DNA of 64,000 bases, from NCBI GenBank assembly GCA_040954595.2, contig CM082578.2, forward strand, positions 1,656,831 to 1,720,830, read 5' to 3'. Source of the stretch: Balanoglossus misakiensis. Taxonomy: Eukaryota; Animalia; Hemichordata. Made by a program: the position numbers and the translations under genes. Positions 50,301 to 62,394 of the stretch are shown here, one piece after another; within the stretch, counting starts at the first letter, position 1, and every line of letters begins with the position of its first letter. A model generated the notes under the pieces. It was not told the origin of the DNA and did no database searches. It worked only from the letters and a program-made list of their open reading frames with translations.

Positions 50301-52179
50301 GTGGTTGATGTACCAAACATGTCAGCTAAAATAAACAAAGACAATCCCACCCGTAGCCTCATGAGTGTCAACATAAACTCCTGAAAAGGACTGAGTTTTC
50401 GCTGTCTTCCTCGTTTCCTGGGTATGGTTCCTCCATTGTTCTCTTCCCTGAAAATTGGCCAGCAATAAATCATTATGTTGGGATAAAAGCAAGTGATGAG
50501 TGAAACAAAGTTCATGAAGGTACACCATCCCTATCCTAGCGAAGAGTTTCTGATGGACAAATGGTCAGAAAAACATGCATGAATAGAGCCCAGCAAGTTA
50601 TCCATCATCTTAAAGGGCTGCAAACAATTTACATATGCCAATATATGGTTAGAGGAGTGTCTAAATAATAGATAAACTTTTCGCAAAGTCACCTAGGGAA
50701 AATATGTCATTGGCTAGATACATGCACAATGATATGGTCAAACACTATCTCTTTCTGACACAGAATCAAAGTAACAAATGATTGAGAAATAACAAAAAAA
50801 AATGGAAATATTACCTGAGACTAGGTTTTCCTTGCCATTATTTTATATTTGTTGATGATGATGCAATATCAAAAACATCAGTAAGTTGGCTTCTTGATTT
50901 TATACCTACAGTATGTAATAAGAAATTATCTAATTATCAGATTTCACAACAAAATAAAAAATTCACAAGTTCATGGCACACAACTCATTGGCCGCTATCA
51001 CTATTCCAAGCTTTAGCCCGGTAGCTGCTGTGGTTTTCCAGATTGACCATAGGCCCTTTAGGCACGGGCCCCTAAAAAACCCTACAAATACAGACAGCAG
51101 ATATACCACTCTTCACTGTAAAATGAGGAAAACAGTGAAGTCATTGCCAATTCTAAGCTTTTTTCAATATGTACCATATACATGATTTCCATAGCTTACC
51201 TGTGTATTTCCTGCAGCTTTTATCACTTTTCAGCAAACAATCCACAGTTAAATCGCGCCGTAATTTATCTTTATCACTCAAGACATTCTCCAGTTCATTT
51301 ACCCTTTTTTGTAAAAATATATTGATTTCTTGGGCTTGCTGCAGATGTGACCCTTGAACAAAAAATTAAAAATTTGTTAATTTTAAGTTCCATTAGCTGT
51401 AACTCTTGTCTATGTTTAAGCAAAATGTACATGTACAACAATTTACTTCCTGAAGAGGATATGATCATTTATTTGTACAACAACAATGATAATAAGGTTG
51501 TATAAAATATCCTTTTTTAAAACAGACAAATTTATATAAAAATATTGACAACAAATTAAAAGAAAATATCAATAATCATCTATAAAAATGAGCTTTGAGT
51601 GTTAAAGACAATTAATACTATACTTTACCTGTAATATCTGTTTGGGTAGCAACAGACACACCAGAACTATTTTCATTCAGATCAGTTCTACAGTAGGCAT
51701 GATCATCACTTGGAGGATTGGTGATATCAAAGACTGCATCTATGGTAAAGTTTGACAAAATGATCAGAACCATATATTATCGTTGACATATTCCTTTCAC
51801 GAAACTACAGTCATTTGGCCAATGTTTAGGTCCAAAAATAACTGAAGGTCACAACAAGACCAAGTACATTTCAATTCGAACGAACGAAAGCGATGCTATC
51901 ATCATTATCATGCGCCGGCATGCATTGAACACATGGCGGCGCAGACGCGCTGATTATCACACGCGTAGACGCGCACAAGCGCGCTGTTGATATCACCGTG
52001 GTTTTGGCATCCGCGTTTGTGAATGGTGACCAGTTTTCGTTAGGTTACAAGAGACAATACATTTTTCTCTTCAAATTATCAGCGTTTTCATATCCTAGCA
52101 ATATTCATGCCGACAGAAAGAAAGTACGGCAAACGAGAAACTTTTGTCAATGACCAGATCGGTGATCGTAAATGTTTTA

Positions 52180-52976
52180 GGCTGCATTCACAAACACCTC
52201 TGGAGGGGGGGGGGCGGGAGAATTCAATTTTTTTTACCGTTAATTTTCACATGCCCCCCGTGCACAACGCGAATATTTTGAAATCCCCCCCTTCCGAACT
52301 GCCAAAATTTTGAAATCCCCCCCCCCCCCAGTTTCTTTCACAGAGCAAAACACATCACCTATCTATCTTGTAAAAAAGAAAAACAGCGCTCCCATGAAAA
52401 GAATTTGAAACTGATGTTTCTCCTAGTGGGTATTAAAACTGAACATTGTTTTATTTTTTAAGTATTTGTATGATGTGTTGGGAGACATTGTAAACCGAGA
52501 ATTGAAGGGGGTGGGTTTGGGAGGGGGTGTCCCCCTCCCACGTAAGAAAATTTTATAAAATACAGAGCTCAAAGCTGCATTTTAATGAACCCGGCAAAAG
52601 CAAATTAACTCAACTACCGGTATGTTAGGGAGGACAAATTTAACCGTCGCCGCTCAAAGTTATCATGGGGTGGGGCAAGTCCCCTGACCCGGGACACTAG
52701 ATAAACCAGTCAATGATTGAAAGGTGTTGATGAATGGAGGGGGTGGGTGTGGGAGGGGGTGTCCCCCTCCCACATTAGAAAATTTTGTAAAATAAAGGGC
52801 GCGAAACTGCACTTTTGTGGACTCAAAATAAATATTTAGTCGTCAAAGTTTTCAAGTCCCCCCCTTTCAGTCCCTAAATTATTTCAAATCCCCCCCTTAC
52901 ATACCCTCAATTTTTTCAAATCCCCCCCCTCAATTCTCCTGCCCCCCCCCCTCCAGAGGTGTTTGTGAATGCAGCC
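52180..52976 (-). mobile_element. Second copy of the same MITE, inverted, TTA TSD
   Basis: TTA|GGCTGCATTCACAAACACCTCTGGAGG...GAATGCAGCC|TTA; body is the reverse complement of 46556-47349. Confidence 0.9.
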
Positions 52977-53042
52977 TTAGTACGTTGTGATAACGAAAAG
53001 TACATGAGACAACCACTGGTATTTTCACACGTCATTTGACGG

Positions 53043-53294
53043 GTGCACACACAGGCGCGTGTATAGATGCTATTTCAGTTTTTTTATGAATAAAATAGCT
53101 TAGACGATCCCCGAATTTGCGTCAAAAGAGCGCTCTCGCTATGTTCGGGCCTAGGCCTATACCCCACTGACACATATAGGCCTAGGCCCGAACATAGCGA
53201 GAGCGCTCGTTTGACGCAAATTCGGGGGATCGTCTAAGCTATTTTATTCATAAAAAAACTGAAATAGCATCTATACACGCGCCTGTGGGTGCAC
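53043..53294. repeat. Near-perfect palindrome (~119-bp arms, ~13-nt spacer)
   Basis: GTGCAC...CTAGGCCTATA ccccactgacaca TATAGGCCTAG...GTGCAC with only a few mismatches. Confidence 0.92.
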
Positions 53295-53496
53295 ATGGAC
53301 GTTCAAAGCGGTATACATGTAGTACTTACATTTGGTGGACACAGACGGGTGACACGTTTGGCTTCCGAGGCAGCAGTCAGCAGAAACTCCAGACGTGGGT
53401 CGGCAACTGGTCGCAAAATCTACCGTCTGCTCAGCGGCGGCCTGTACCGTGTGTACCGGTACATCGTAAATCCGTTGGCGTTGCTAGTGATAAGAG

Positions 53497-55710
53497 GAAG
53501 CCAGATAGAGATGTATATGTAAATATGAATGCTAATCTTCGATGTCTCTACACCAATGCACAGAGTGTGATGAACAAGAGAGAAGAGCTTGAAGCAGTAG
53601 TACTGGATAATAAGTATGATTTCATTGCAATTACAGAGACATGGACGCATAGAGACATTAAGAATTCAGAGCTGAGCATTGAAGGCTATTCAACCATGTT
53701 TAGACAGGACAGAGAAGATACACATGGAGGTCGTGGTGGTGGAGTATTGATATATATTAAAGATGATATCGATGCTAGTGAATTTGAAGTTCCCACAAAT
53801 ATAGTTTTTACGAATTCGAAATGGTGTCTGCTGAAACTACAGTCCTCGTCGACTCCCCTGTTGTTTGGTGTTGTATACAGATCCCCGAACAGTAGTGAAC
53901 TGAACAATGAGAACCTTCTGCAAATCCTGAAACTTGTATCTACCAAACACTGTTTCTATTCATATGTAAGGTCAAGGCAGAAAACGAAGGAGACTGTTGG
54001 ACCTTTGGTAAATGAAGACGGTGAATTGACAATTGACAACAAAGAGATGGCAGAACTATTGAACAGATTCTTTTCATCAGTATTCACAACTGAAGACAGC
54101 TCAGATTTAGCGGATCCAGTGAACTTTGCAGGTGATGGAGCCAATAAGCTGAGCACTATTAGTATAACACAGGAGACTGTTGAGTCAAAAATCAAAACTC
54201 TCAAAGTAACCAAGGCACCAGGTCCTGATGGTGTAACAACAAGAGTTTTAGTAGAATGCTGTTCTCAACTTGCATATCCATTGACAGTTTTGTTTAATAG
54301 ATCACTAAAGGAAACGATTGTTCCTGAGGATTGGAAACAAGCAAATGTGTGCCCGATTTTCAAAAAAGGAAAGAAGAGTACTCCAGGTAATTACAGACCA
54401 GTGAGTTTGACATCGGTGGTTTGCAAACTAATGGAATCATGCCTAAGAGACAGTATAGTGAAGCATCTAGATGAACAGCAATTGATACTTCCATCACAAC
54501 ATGGTTTCACTTCTGGCAAGTCCTGTTTAACTAATTTATTGGAGTTCCTAGATGACGTAACTGAGTATCTAGATGAAGGTCATCCAGTTGATATTATTTA
54601 TCTGGACTTTGCAAAGGCGTTTGACAAAGTGGCACATAAAAGGCTGATAAGGAAATTACAGGCACATGGTATAGTAGGCCACATAAGTGATTGGATTGCT
54701 GAGTGGTTGGCCAATAGGAAACAGCGTGTGGTGATACATGGAAGGAGTTCATCCTGGGAACCAGTATCCAGTGGAGTGCCACAGGGATCTGTCCTTGGGC
54801 CTGTATTGTTCCTTATCTTTATTAATGACATTGACATCAACATATCTTCCAATATTAAGAAATTCGCAGATGACACGAAAGTGTACAGGAAAGTTGAAAA
54901 TGAAGACGACTACCTGGTATTGCAAGAAGATCTTAACAAACTTACTGACTGGTCAGATAATTGGCTTATGCAGTTTAATGTAGCTAAATGCAAGGTCTTA
55001 CATGCTGGTTCAAACAACCCAGGTTATGAATACTGTATGAACGAATCCATGCTTGCAGAAGTAGAAGAGGAAAAGGATGTTGGTGTCATCATTGATAGAA
55101 GTTTTAAACCAAGTAAACAGTGTTCAGAAGCAGTACTGAAAGCGACCAGGATCATTGGAATGATTAAAAGAAGTTTTACCCTTCGAACCAAGGACGTCAT
55201 AGTACGCCTTTACAAACAATTTGTCAGACCCCATTTGGAATATGCGTCCCAAGCCTGGGCTCCATGGCTCAAAAAAGATATTGCTGCCCTGGAAAAAGTT
55301 CAGCGTCGCGTTACTAAGCTAGTAACAGAGTGCCGTGGAAAAAGTTACCCTGAGAGAATGCATATATTAGGGCTTACAACCCTTGAAACCCGCCGTGTAA
55401 GAGGTGATATGATAGAGGTTTTTAAAATTTTGAATAACGTAGATCGCTGCTCAGTTACCTTGATGAGAAGTTTGTGCTCAACAACTAGAGGTCATGACTA
55501 CAAGCTCCAAAAGCTGCCATCCAGACTAGACATTCGCAAATATTCATTTCCTGTTCGTGTTGTGAACGAGTGGAACGCTTTACCGGACTTTGTGATTATG
55601 TCAAAGGATACAAACAATTTCAAGAACAATATTGACATTTATTTTCAAGCAACTGATAGGATTTGAGGGACCTTATTATCTTAGATATTTGTCCCTTATG
55701 AACTGAACTC
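53497..55710 (+). mobile_element. CR1-clade LINE, 5'-truncated and internally deleted
   Basis: EN-RT ORF, short 3' UTR and TGAACTGAAC tail. Sits antisense within the THAP exon; no TSD found. Confidence 0.88.
53527..55666 (+). CDS. CR1 ORF2 (partial APE endonuclease plus reverse transcriptase), in-frame internal deletion
   Basis: YTNAQS, ITETW, GGGVLIY, VYRSP, then a jump to FYSYVRS with no GDFN/SDH motifs. KAPGPDG, NYRPVSLTS, YLDFAKAFD, GVPQGSVLGP, FADD. Confidence 0.88.
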
Positions 55711-57796
55711 AACGGGTACTTATCTAAATTACGCAACTTCCGTGTATGGGATTTGCAACCCATAACTGCGCATTGAAACTCGGGCATTATCCTAGCAACC
55801 GCAGGTCACTTTGTAAACAATACAGTCGGAAAGTGTCCTACCCTTCAAGCGGTAGGACAAACATTTCGCACACTGCGCAAGCGCACTAGATCAACTCTCG
55901 CGAGAGTTAGTTATTCGGGAATCAGGAATTCTACCGCTGGCTGCGCTGTCGCAGTGACCTCAAGCCAGGTCAAATTTGAGCTAAAAGACAAGTTCCGTCG
56001 ACATACTCATGAATATTTCATGGTTTCTTCGCGTATAAACTCGGGAATATTATGCCCCTGAAGCCTGGGCTGGCTTTGATGCACGTTATCGAGTATTAAT
56101 CAGTCAAAGACCCACGGTAGCAAAGTAGGTAATTGTCTTTTTTTCACGCGGATCCTTTGGTCATATATTCTGCATGCCTGCAGCCCCACATTCGCTGATA
56201 TTGCCATCTTTCTCGATAGTTATTATAATATTTAGCTAGAGACGGCCTTGTATACTCTGAATTTTAGACTAGGAATGACTCAGCTGGCATATCGTACCAC
56301 TTTTTCTGTGACATTGCCGACCGGCCCGGCGCAACTACCGAGAAAGGGTAAGGGTGTGCTCGTGGGAATTGTCAACTACACGTTCATCGTTCGACTGCTC
56401 AACACAGATCATTGATAACACAATGTCACATTTCGAACTAATTTTGGAATTCTGGATAAATTTTCCAAATATCCTGTTAATCTGGGATTTTCTTCCATCA
56501 CCTTGATGCAACTGTATCAGAATTTGTCTTTTAAGTTTATTCACACCAAAAAAAAAACAAAAAAAAAACAACAACAGCCATTTCCTGGAAATTGTCATGT
56601 TTTCTCTAAAAAAATTAAGCTGAACTTTTTTATTGAAAGGAAACGTTCAGCAGATTTTTTTCTCCCCAAAATTCAGGTGAATTTTTCACAGATTCTTTTT
56701 TCCCAGAAATTCTGCCGAAATCTACACTAATCACACACTTATTGGAAAGGTGTAACACAAATTATAGACTTTACAAACAAAAATCTAATGTTATACATTT
56801 ATGAACCTCTTATTCACCAATATTAAATGTTTTCAAAGAGGAAAGGTATTATTCTCGGACTGGAATTTCGAAATTAGTTTGGAACATGTTTGATGTGTTA
56901 TAAATTGGTTTATTTTCAGATTTTATGGTGGGCACTTGACAGTAATTGAGGGTTATTCTGAAAATCTTTATGCTGGAGCAGAGATTGTAAACCAGATTGA
57001 AGAGACTTCCAATGAAACAGCGAACCATGGTTGGATTGGTGAGTGTGTCTTTTAACAGTGTTTCTCAGTGTTCCCAAATAATTTGTGGGTGTATCAAGTG
57101 TAAAAAATAACTGGTTTTGGAATTTGACAGTTTACAAGTGAGCACTGCATAGTAACACTTGAATGATAATTGTCTCAAGATGGTAATTGAAAAGCCTATT
57201 TTTTACATCTCAATCACCTCACAAAATCTTGCCAAGTGACTCTGTATGCAGTTTTTCATCCAGACGGAGGGATGGGGAATTCGCCCACTGTCAGCATGTT
57301 GGCACCCCCTAGAAATTTGTCAAGGGGGAAATGGTACTACCTAAATATTAAATAATAATTAAGACAAAGCATACCTATGCTTGTGAGGTCAAAATGGGCA
57401 TCATAGATTATCAGAGATGGTGGTGGTGGTGGTGGTGCATAGTATGTTTTAAAAATGATGAAATTACTGTTTAGAAATCCTTTTTTAAACTCCCTGGCTA
57501 AAGAGAAAAAAGGGTGTTTATTAACTGAAAATGTCATTAGACATCAAACTTTGGTGTTTGTTTATGATTACCAGTCACTTTTATAATCTTAACATTGTTT
57601 TATTGGAGAACCGTTTTGATATGTGGTGACAACATGGTTTCATGAAATTCTTTTTAATGAGTGAAAAAAATTGAAAGCACACTAATTATATTTCAGATAA
57701 AGAAAGGAGATGGTTGAAGTACCTTACTTTATCTAACAGACTTACGAGTTTTGTATGATATGTTCATGCTTATGTAGTTTATCTGTTCCATTTCAG

Positions 57797-58616
57797 GTTT
57801 TGACGTGGTTCTTCACAACATTCACAGCATCGAGTCTCAAAACGCGTGTTCACACTCATTCAGGAGTCAAGAACCTGTATAATCTCATCCCTCCAGAACA
57901 CCTGGATATTCCACCTTTTGTTTTGGACCATGACATGAAAGTGAGTATCATTTTGATGCTTATAGGATGATTTTCTTACAATTACTTTGTGCAAATAGGG
58001 TGTTCTTACACTGCTGGCATGCTGATAGTGTGGGATCAGAGTGTGTGGACAAATCGATCCCACATTCTCACTGAATGGGAAACTGTATATAATGCGAGCG
58101 CTGATTGGATGACAAAGCATTCTTTTATTACCAGGCGCTAAATGTTATCCATTGGCGCAAAGTGTAATACATGGACAGAAACTACAACGTACGAGACGAC
58201 ATTTACAGTCAATTATTCAATGTTTCTAATGCGAATTATAATTTGGCTTTTTTTTGTCGTGAGAGAAATAGAATCTCACACACCAAGGACCTAGGATCAT
58301 ATTTCTCACACTCGTCGCGGATATTTTGTCCCACACTCGCCTGCGGCTCGTCTGGGACAGAAAATCCCCCACTTGTGTGAGAAATATGATCCCAGGTCCT
58401 TGGGGAATGTGAGATTCTATTAATCTCAATTCTATGTTTTGGTAAAATGTGGATGTCAAAACTTTTCATTTTCTACAAAAATGGTCTACAGTGAAATGGT
58501 TTGGTTGTATAATATGTAAACTAATCTCTTGGCATTTTCTTAATTTTTTTGCAACTTGGGTCAATGGTCCAGACTACTACATTTCAGCCAGTGATGACAG
58601 TAAAGATGGCCTGTAA
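57797..58616 (+). pseudogene. GDAP2: GDAP2-like 3' fragment (end of CRAL-TRIO domain plus terminal exon)
   Basis: Exon 57797-57940 VLTWFFTTFTASSLKTRVH...IPPEHLDIPPFVLDHD and 58560-58616 VNGPDYY..GL* resemble the recalled vertebrate GDAP2 C-terminus (TWFFTTF...PPFVLEYD..NGPYY). The second acceptor reads GG instead of AG. Confidence 0.75.
58266..58421. repeat. Crypton-type hairpin element
   Basis: Imperfect ~70-bp arms around ACTCGCCTGCGGCTCGT. Confidence 0.55.
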
Positions 58617-58670
58617 AATGAGATGCAGTTGACAACAAACCAGAGTGGTAGTTAAAAACAGATTTCATGG

Positions 58671-58852
58671 TACAGTAGAACCTTCTAAACCGAACACCAA
58701 AGGGACTGAAGGAATTGTTTCAGTTTGCAGAGGTGTCTGGTTTATACAGGTTCTTTTAATATGTGGTTCTATGTCAAAGGGACAGGAAAATGTGTTCAGT
58801 ATAGACAGGTTTCAAGATTAGACAGGGTTTGGTTTAGACAGGTTTTACTGTA
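58671..58852. mobile_element. Tc1/mariner (pogo/Tigger-like) MITE
   Basis: TA|CAGTAGAACC...GGTTTTACTG|TA. Confidence 0.75.
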
Positions 58853-58982
58853 TTTGTAATATCTTTCAGTGGTGTTTGACATCACACACATGTGGACAAA
58901 TGTTACACATGTGCTAACCATTGACTTGGTACCAAAATGCTTTCTTTCTTATTTTGTCAACATTTTGAATGCTGCAATATTG

Positions 58983-59433
58983 AACACCTATTGCCTGGCC
59001 ATGAGGGCCATAGCAGCCGTTTATTACACCCGAGGGGCTGTGCGTTACCAGAATCACATGGTATTTCCCGAGGCCGCAGGCCGAGGGAAATAGCATATGA
59101 TTCTGGTAACTCACAGTCACGAGGGGGTAAAAACGGCTGCTATGGCCCGAATATAGGCCAGGCTATAGGTGTTTTATAATAAACCTCATGCTAACAGCTG
59201 GGAAAATCTTGCAATTTTCTCTTGAGGTTGGCAGACGACATCTTCCGCGGTGGCCATTGTGTCAGACGAAGCGACGCTGATTGACGTGACCGAGTCTGCG
59301 CACTCACGCTGGTCACGTGACCGGTTTATATTTTTTCTGCTATTTCCCTAGCGGTTCATAGTCAATTCTATTTTCCTATCACGTGACGGATTCTGGCGAA
59401 TCACGGCACAGTATTAGCATGAGGTATATTATA
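58983..59433. mobile_element. Crypton-type non-autonomous element
   Basis: Hairpin 58983-59172 around CCCGAGGCCGCAGGCCGAGGG, followed by a segment bounded by CCTCATGCTAA / TTAGCATGAGG. Confidence 0.55.
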
Positions 59434-59935
59434 ACTAAGCATATGTCTCTGATTCTAGAAAATTAATAAGATATATCAGTATTATGACAAAAGTTAAAAA
59501 AATATCCATCAATGTAAATGTTATCTTTATTTTTTAAATAATTTTTGTTCAGGTGACTTTCGTTGCTCCAATGGTAATTGTATAAATCCTGACTGGGTTT
59601 GTGATGGTACAGTGGACTGTGGTGATGGTGATTTCTCTGATGAGATTGGATGTGCAGGTAAGTTTTTGGCAAGTGGTCTGAAACAATCATCTCTACGCTC
59701 TCCTCAACATCATTGCAAAGTGGGCCCAGGTGATGAGACCAAGTTTCCTAAATGTGTGGTATAGTGTACTTTTGGCTTGAAGTCATCATGCAAATGAATC
59801 TTGTAAATATGCGTGACAACTCTTATGTGCCAACCTCAAACTACTAGACCGTAATTTATTTGTATGATCATCTCCTTTGCAACTACAGACTACTTTTGAA
59901 CTGTCAGCAGAAAGTCTGATCCTCAAAGAATTTCG

Positions 59936-60131
59936 TACTGTAAAACAGGAAATTTTCGCGAGTGATAAATATTTCGCGAACTATGCGAGAGCCAAAAAAC
60001 ACGAAAATAAAAAAGTTGTGTAAAAATGTTTTTCGAAGATAACAATGCCGTGAAATATGAGAATGCGAAAATCAATCATCGCATAAAAGTTATCACTTTT
60101 GATATCACGAAAAATTTCCTGTTTTACAGTA
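59936..60131. mobile_element. TA-flanked MITE
   Basis: TACTGTAAAACAGGAAATTTT...AAAATTTCCTGTTTTACAGTA. Confidence 0.8.
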
Positions 60132-62135
60132 TGTCATAATTATAAATCAGAAACAAAACTGGGTCAAGTATTTTAAGAATCTGGCATCTGTCACGCTGAT
60201 AGTTTGAGCTTAGAGAATAATAATATGCTGTTCTTGGAATTTTCGGGTGTGATAAATGTCGTTTCAAAATTTTTACATTTGATTTATACTAATATAAAAT
60301 TGGTTTTATACATGTACAATGGATACTCACTGTTGGTGAAGTAATTTTATCATCAATGAAATTTCTTCAACTTGAAGAGCAGAAGCTTTATGACCATTCA
60401 TCACACAAATAAACCCTTTCTTTTTATTTTGATGATGTTCAGGAACATGTGGTGGTTTGGAAACTGGTGTCTCAGGGACCTTTCACAGCACTGGATACCC
60501 AGATGATAATTATTACATTCTACAAGAATGTATTTGGACAATCCAGGGACCTGCAACATCCAGAATAAAAATTGAGGTACAGTAAAACTTGTCCAATCTG
60601 GAAACCTGCCTATACAGAACACCTTTTCCCATCCATTCGTCGTACAAACACAATTTTAAAGGAACCTCTATAAAATAAACTGGACACCTGTATTAAAAAG
60701 TTTCTTCCTTATAACAAACTATCTATAACTTCAGGCTAGTTTATCAGTATTTTTGTTTTGTGTATAAAACACATTTCCTGTCCTTATGAGTAACCCATCA
60801 CACCCCTGCAGCTCTCTGCTTGTCAACAAGTCATGTGTATGTACTGACCATTGTTATTATTTACAAATGTTTTCAAACAACAACAATGCCAATTGTGCAC
60901 TCATAGATTTCAATGAGAAGATTAAGACTATGGATTTAACTCTGCCCTGGGGAGCTGAACAAGAAACTATGGTTGATACACAGAATAGAAATACTGAAAA
61001 ATGCAACAAGTTACAACTAATGGGGCTTAAGTCATGAATCTGTGTTTATTTTCATGTATACTGGCTTGAGACAGCTCACTATGTATGATGTGTGTTGTAA
61101 CATTTTGTTTTTATTCTTTTCAGTTTCCGTATTTTGACACTGAACTTTATCATGATACTGTTGTCATTGTCGATGGGTCTGTGTTTGACCAATCCAAAGT
61201 TCTTGCAACATATAGTGGACCGGACCAGCCTGATGAAGTTATTAGCAGTGGTAATGCAATGTTGGTGAAATTTCTCTCAGATAGTTCGCATACTGCTACT
61301 GGCTTTGAAGCATCTTAGCAAGCAGGTAATACTAAGTTTTGTACATGTACATACTTTAAAACGAGAAATTAATGCTCTGTGTTTACCTTAGGCAAATATT
61401 GTCTCTGAAACGTTTCGAATTTTACCCTGTGTGAACCAGGTATAACATTATAGATTGCACGTGTAGGCAATATTGGCCCTACCTTGACTGTGATCTTGCT
61501 GATGTTCTGTTTGTGAGGTGTGTATGTTAAGATGACTTTTTCTTTCTTCCAGTGTATTCTTTGTGTGGTGGGAATTTCATAGCACAGTCATATAAACAGA
61601 ATCTCAGCAGTACAGAATATTTTGAAGGCAAGAATTATCTCAACAATGAAGATTGTAACTGGCAGCTGGCATCATTCACAACAGAATTTGTTGTCACTTT
61701 ACAGGTAAATAGAAGACTACATGTAGATGAATTCATATTTTTACTCTTTTTAACCATTCATTTCATGTTATTAGTGGATTCAGATGCAATTAATCGTGTG
61801 AGTTGTTTGACAGCATGACAAAAATTAGTAATTGTATTTTTAAAAAAACATTTTATTTTTGTCATTTCTGGTCAATTCTCAGTAGCCACTTTTCTGATTT
61901 CTTAAAATTTGGTTTACAAGGACCAAGTATTTTTATTATGGTGTACATAAACATGTGTCAAATATCAATACTGGGGAGGAGGGGGGTGGGTAGTTTTAGA
62001 CATTTTTGGTCCAAAAGTCCACTCATGTCAGAAACGGCTCTTCCAGTTGTTTTGGATTTTGGTTTATTGGGATGTGAAAATATTCTTCATCAGATTTATT
62101 CTTATATTACCTCATCAATGCTAAAGGTGCCCTTA

Positions 62136-62394
62136 TAGGGACAAAGTCTCTCTCTCTCGCTACCCTTTTCCCAGTTATTATGTTTGATACAAGACACCGT
62201 TTATGTTGTTCTACATGAGGATATATAGTGAATCAACATTCAACCATTTTTAGGATATGAGAGTAAAAATCTCGCCCAAAATGAAGCGGGATGGAATGTT
62301 GATTCACTATATATCCACATGTAGAATAACATAAACGATAATCAAACGATAATTAATGGAAAAGGGGCAGCGAGAGAGAGACTTTGCCCCTTAA
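62136..62394. mobile_element. AGGGACA-family MITE (internally deleted copy)
   Basis: Homologous to 35485-35783; ends GACTTTGCCCCTTAA. Confidence 0.7.

Larger units (their letters stand above)
49637..55787 (-). pseudogene. THAP / HTH_Tnp_4 / DDE_Tnp_4 transposase gene, disrupted
   Basis: Start MPEFQCAVMGCKS at 55787, cut by the LINE. Further exons near 51740-51629 (DHAY, TQTD), 51353-51200 (coiled coil, KYTG), 50905-50815 (in-frame TAA at 50840-50838) and 50447-49637 (MADRGF, RIHVERAI; first catalytic D read as V in RVIIVCTE). Confidence 0.87.
40831..55930. mobile_element. ISL2EU-like (PIF/Harbinger-related) DNA transposon, ~15 kb including nested inserts
   Basis: 19-bp TIRs AATTCCTGATTCCCGAATA / TATTCGGGAATCAGGAATT, each next to the palindrome AACTCTCGCGAGAGTT. 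Encloses convergent YqaJ and THAP-DDE_Tnp_4 genes. TSD not clean. Confidence 0.85.

Noticed and set aside
53285-53526. N-terminal 80 aa of the 793-aa LINE ORF
   Set aside because: It starts at a GTG in the palindrome arm and mostly reads the antisense of transposase-gene sequence; not LINE protein.
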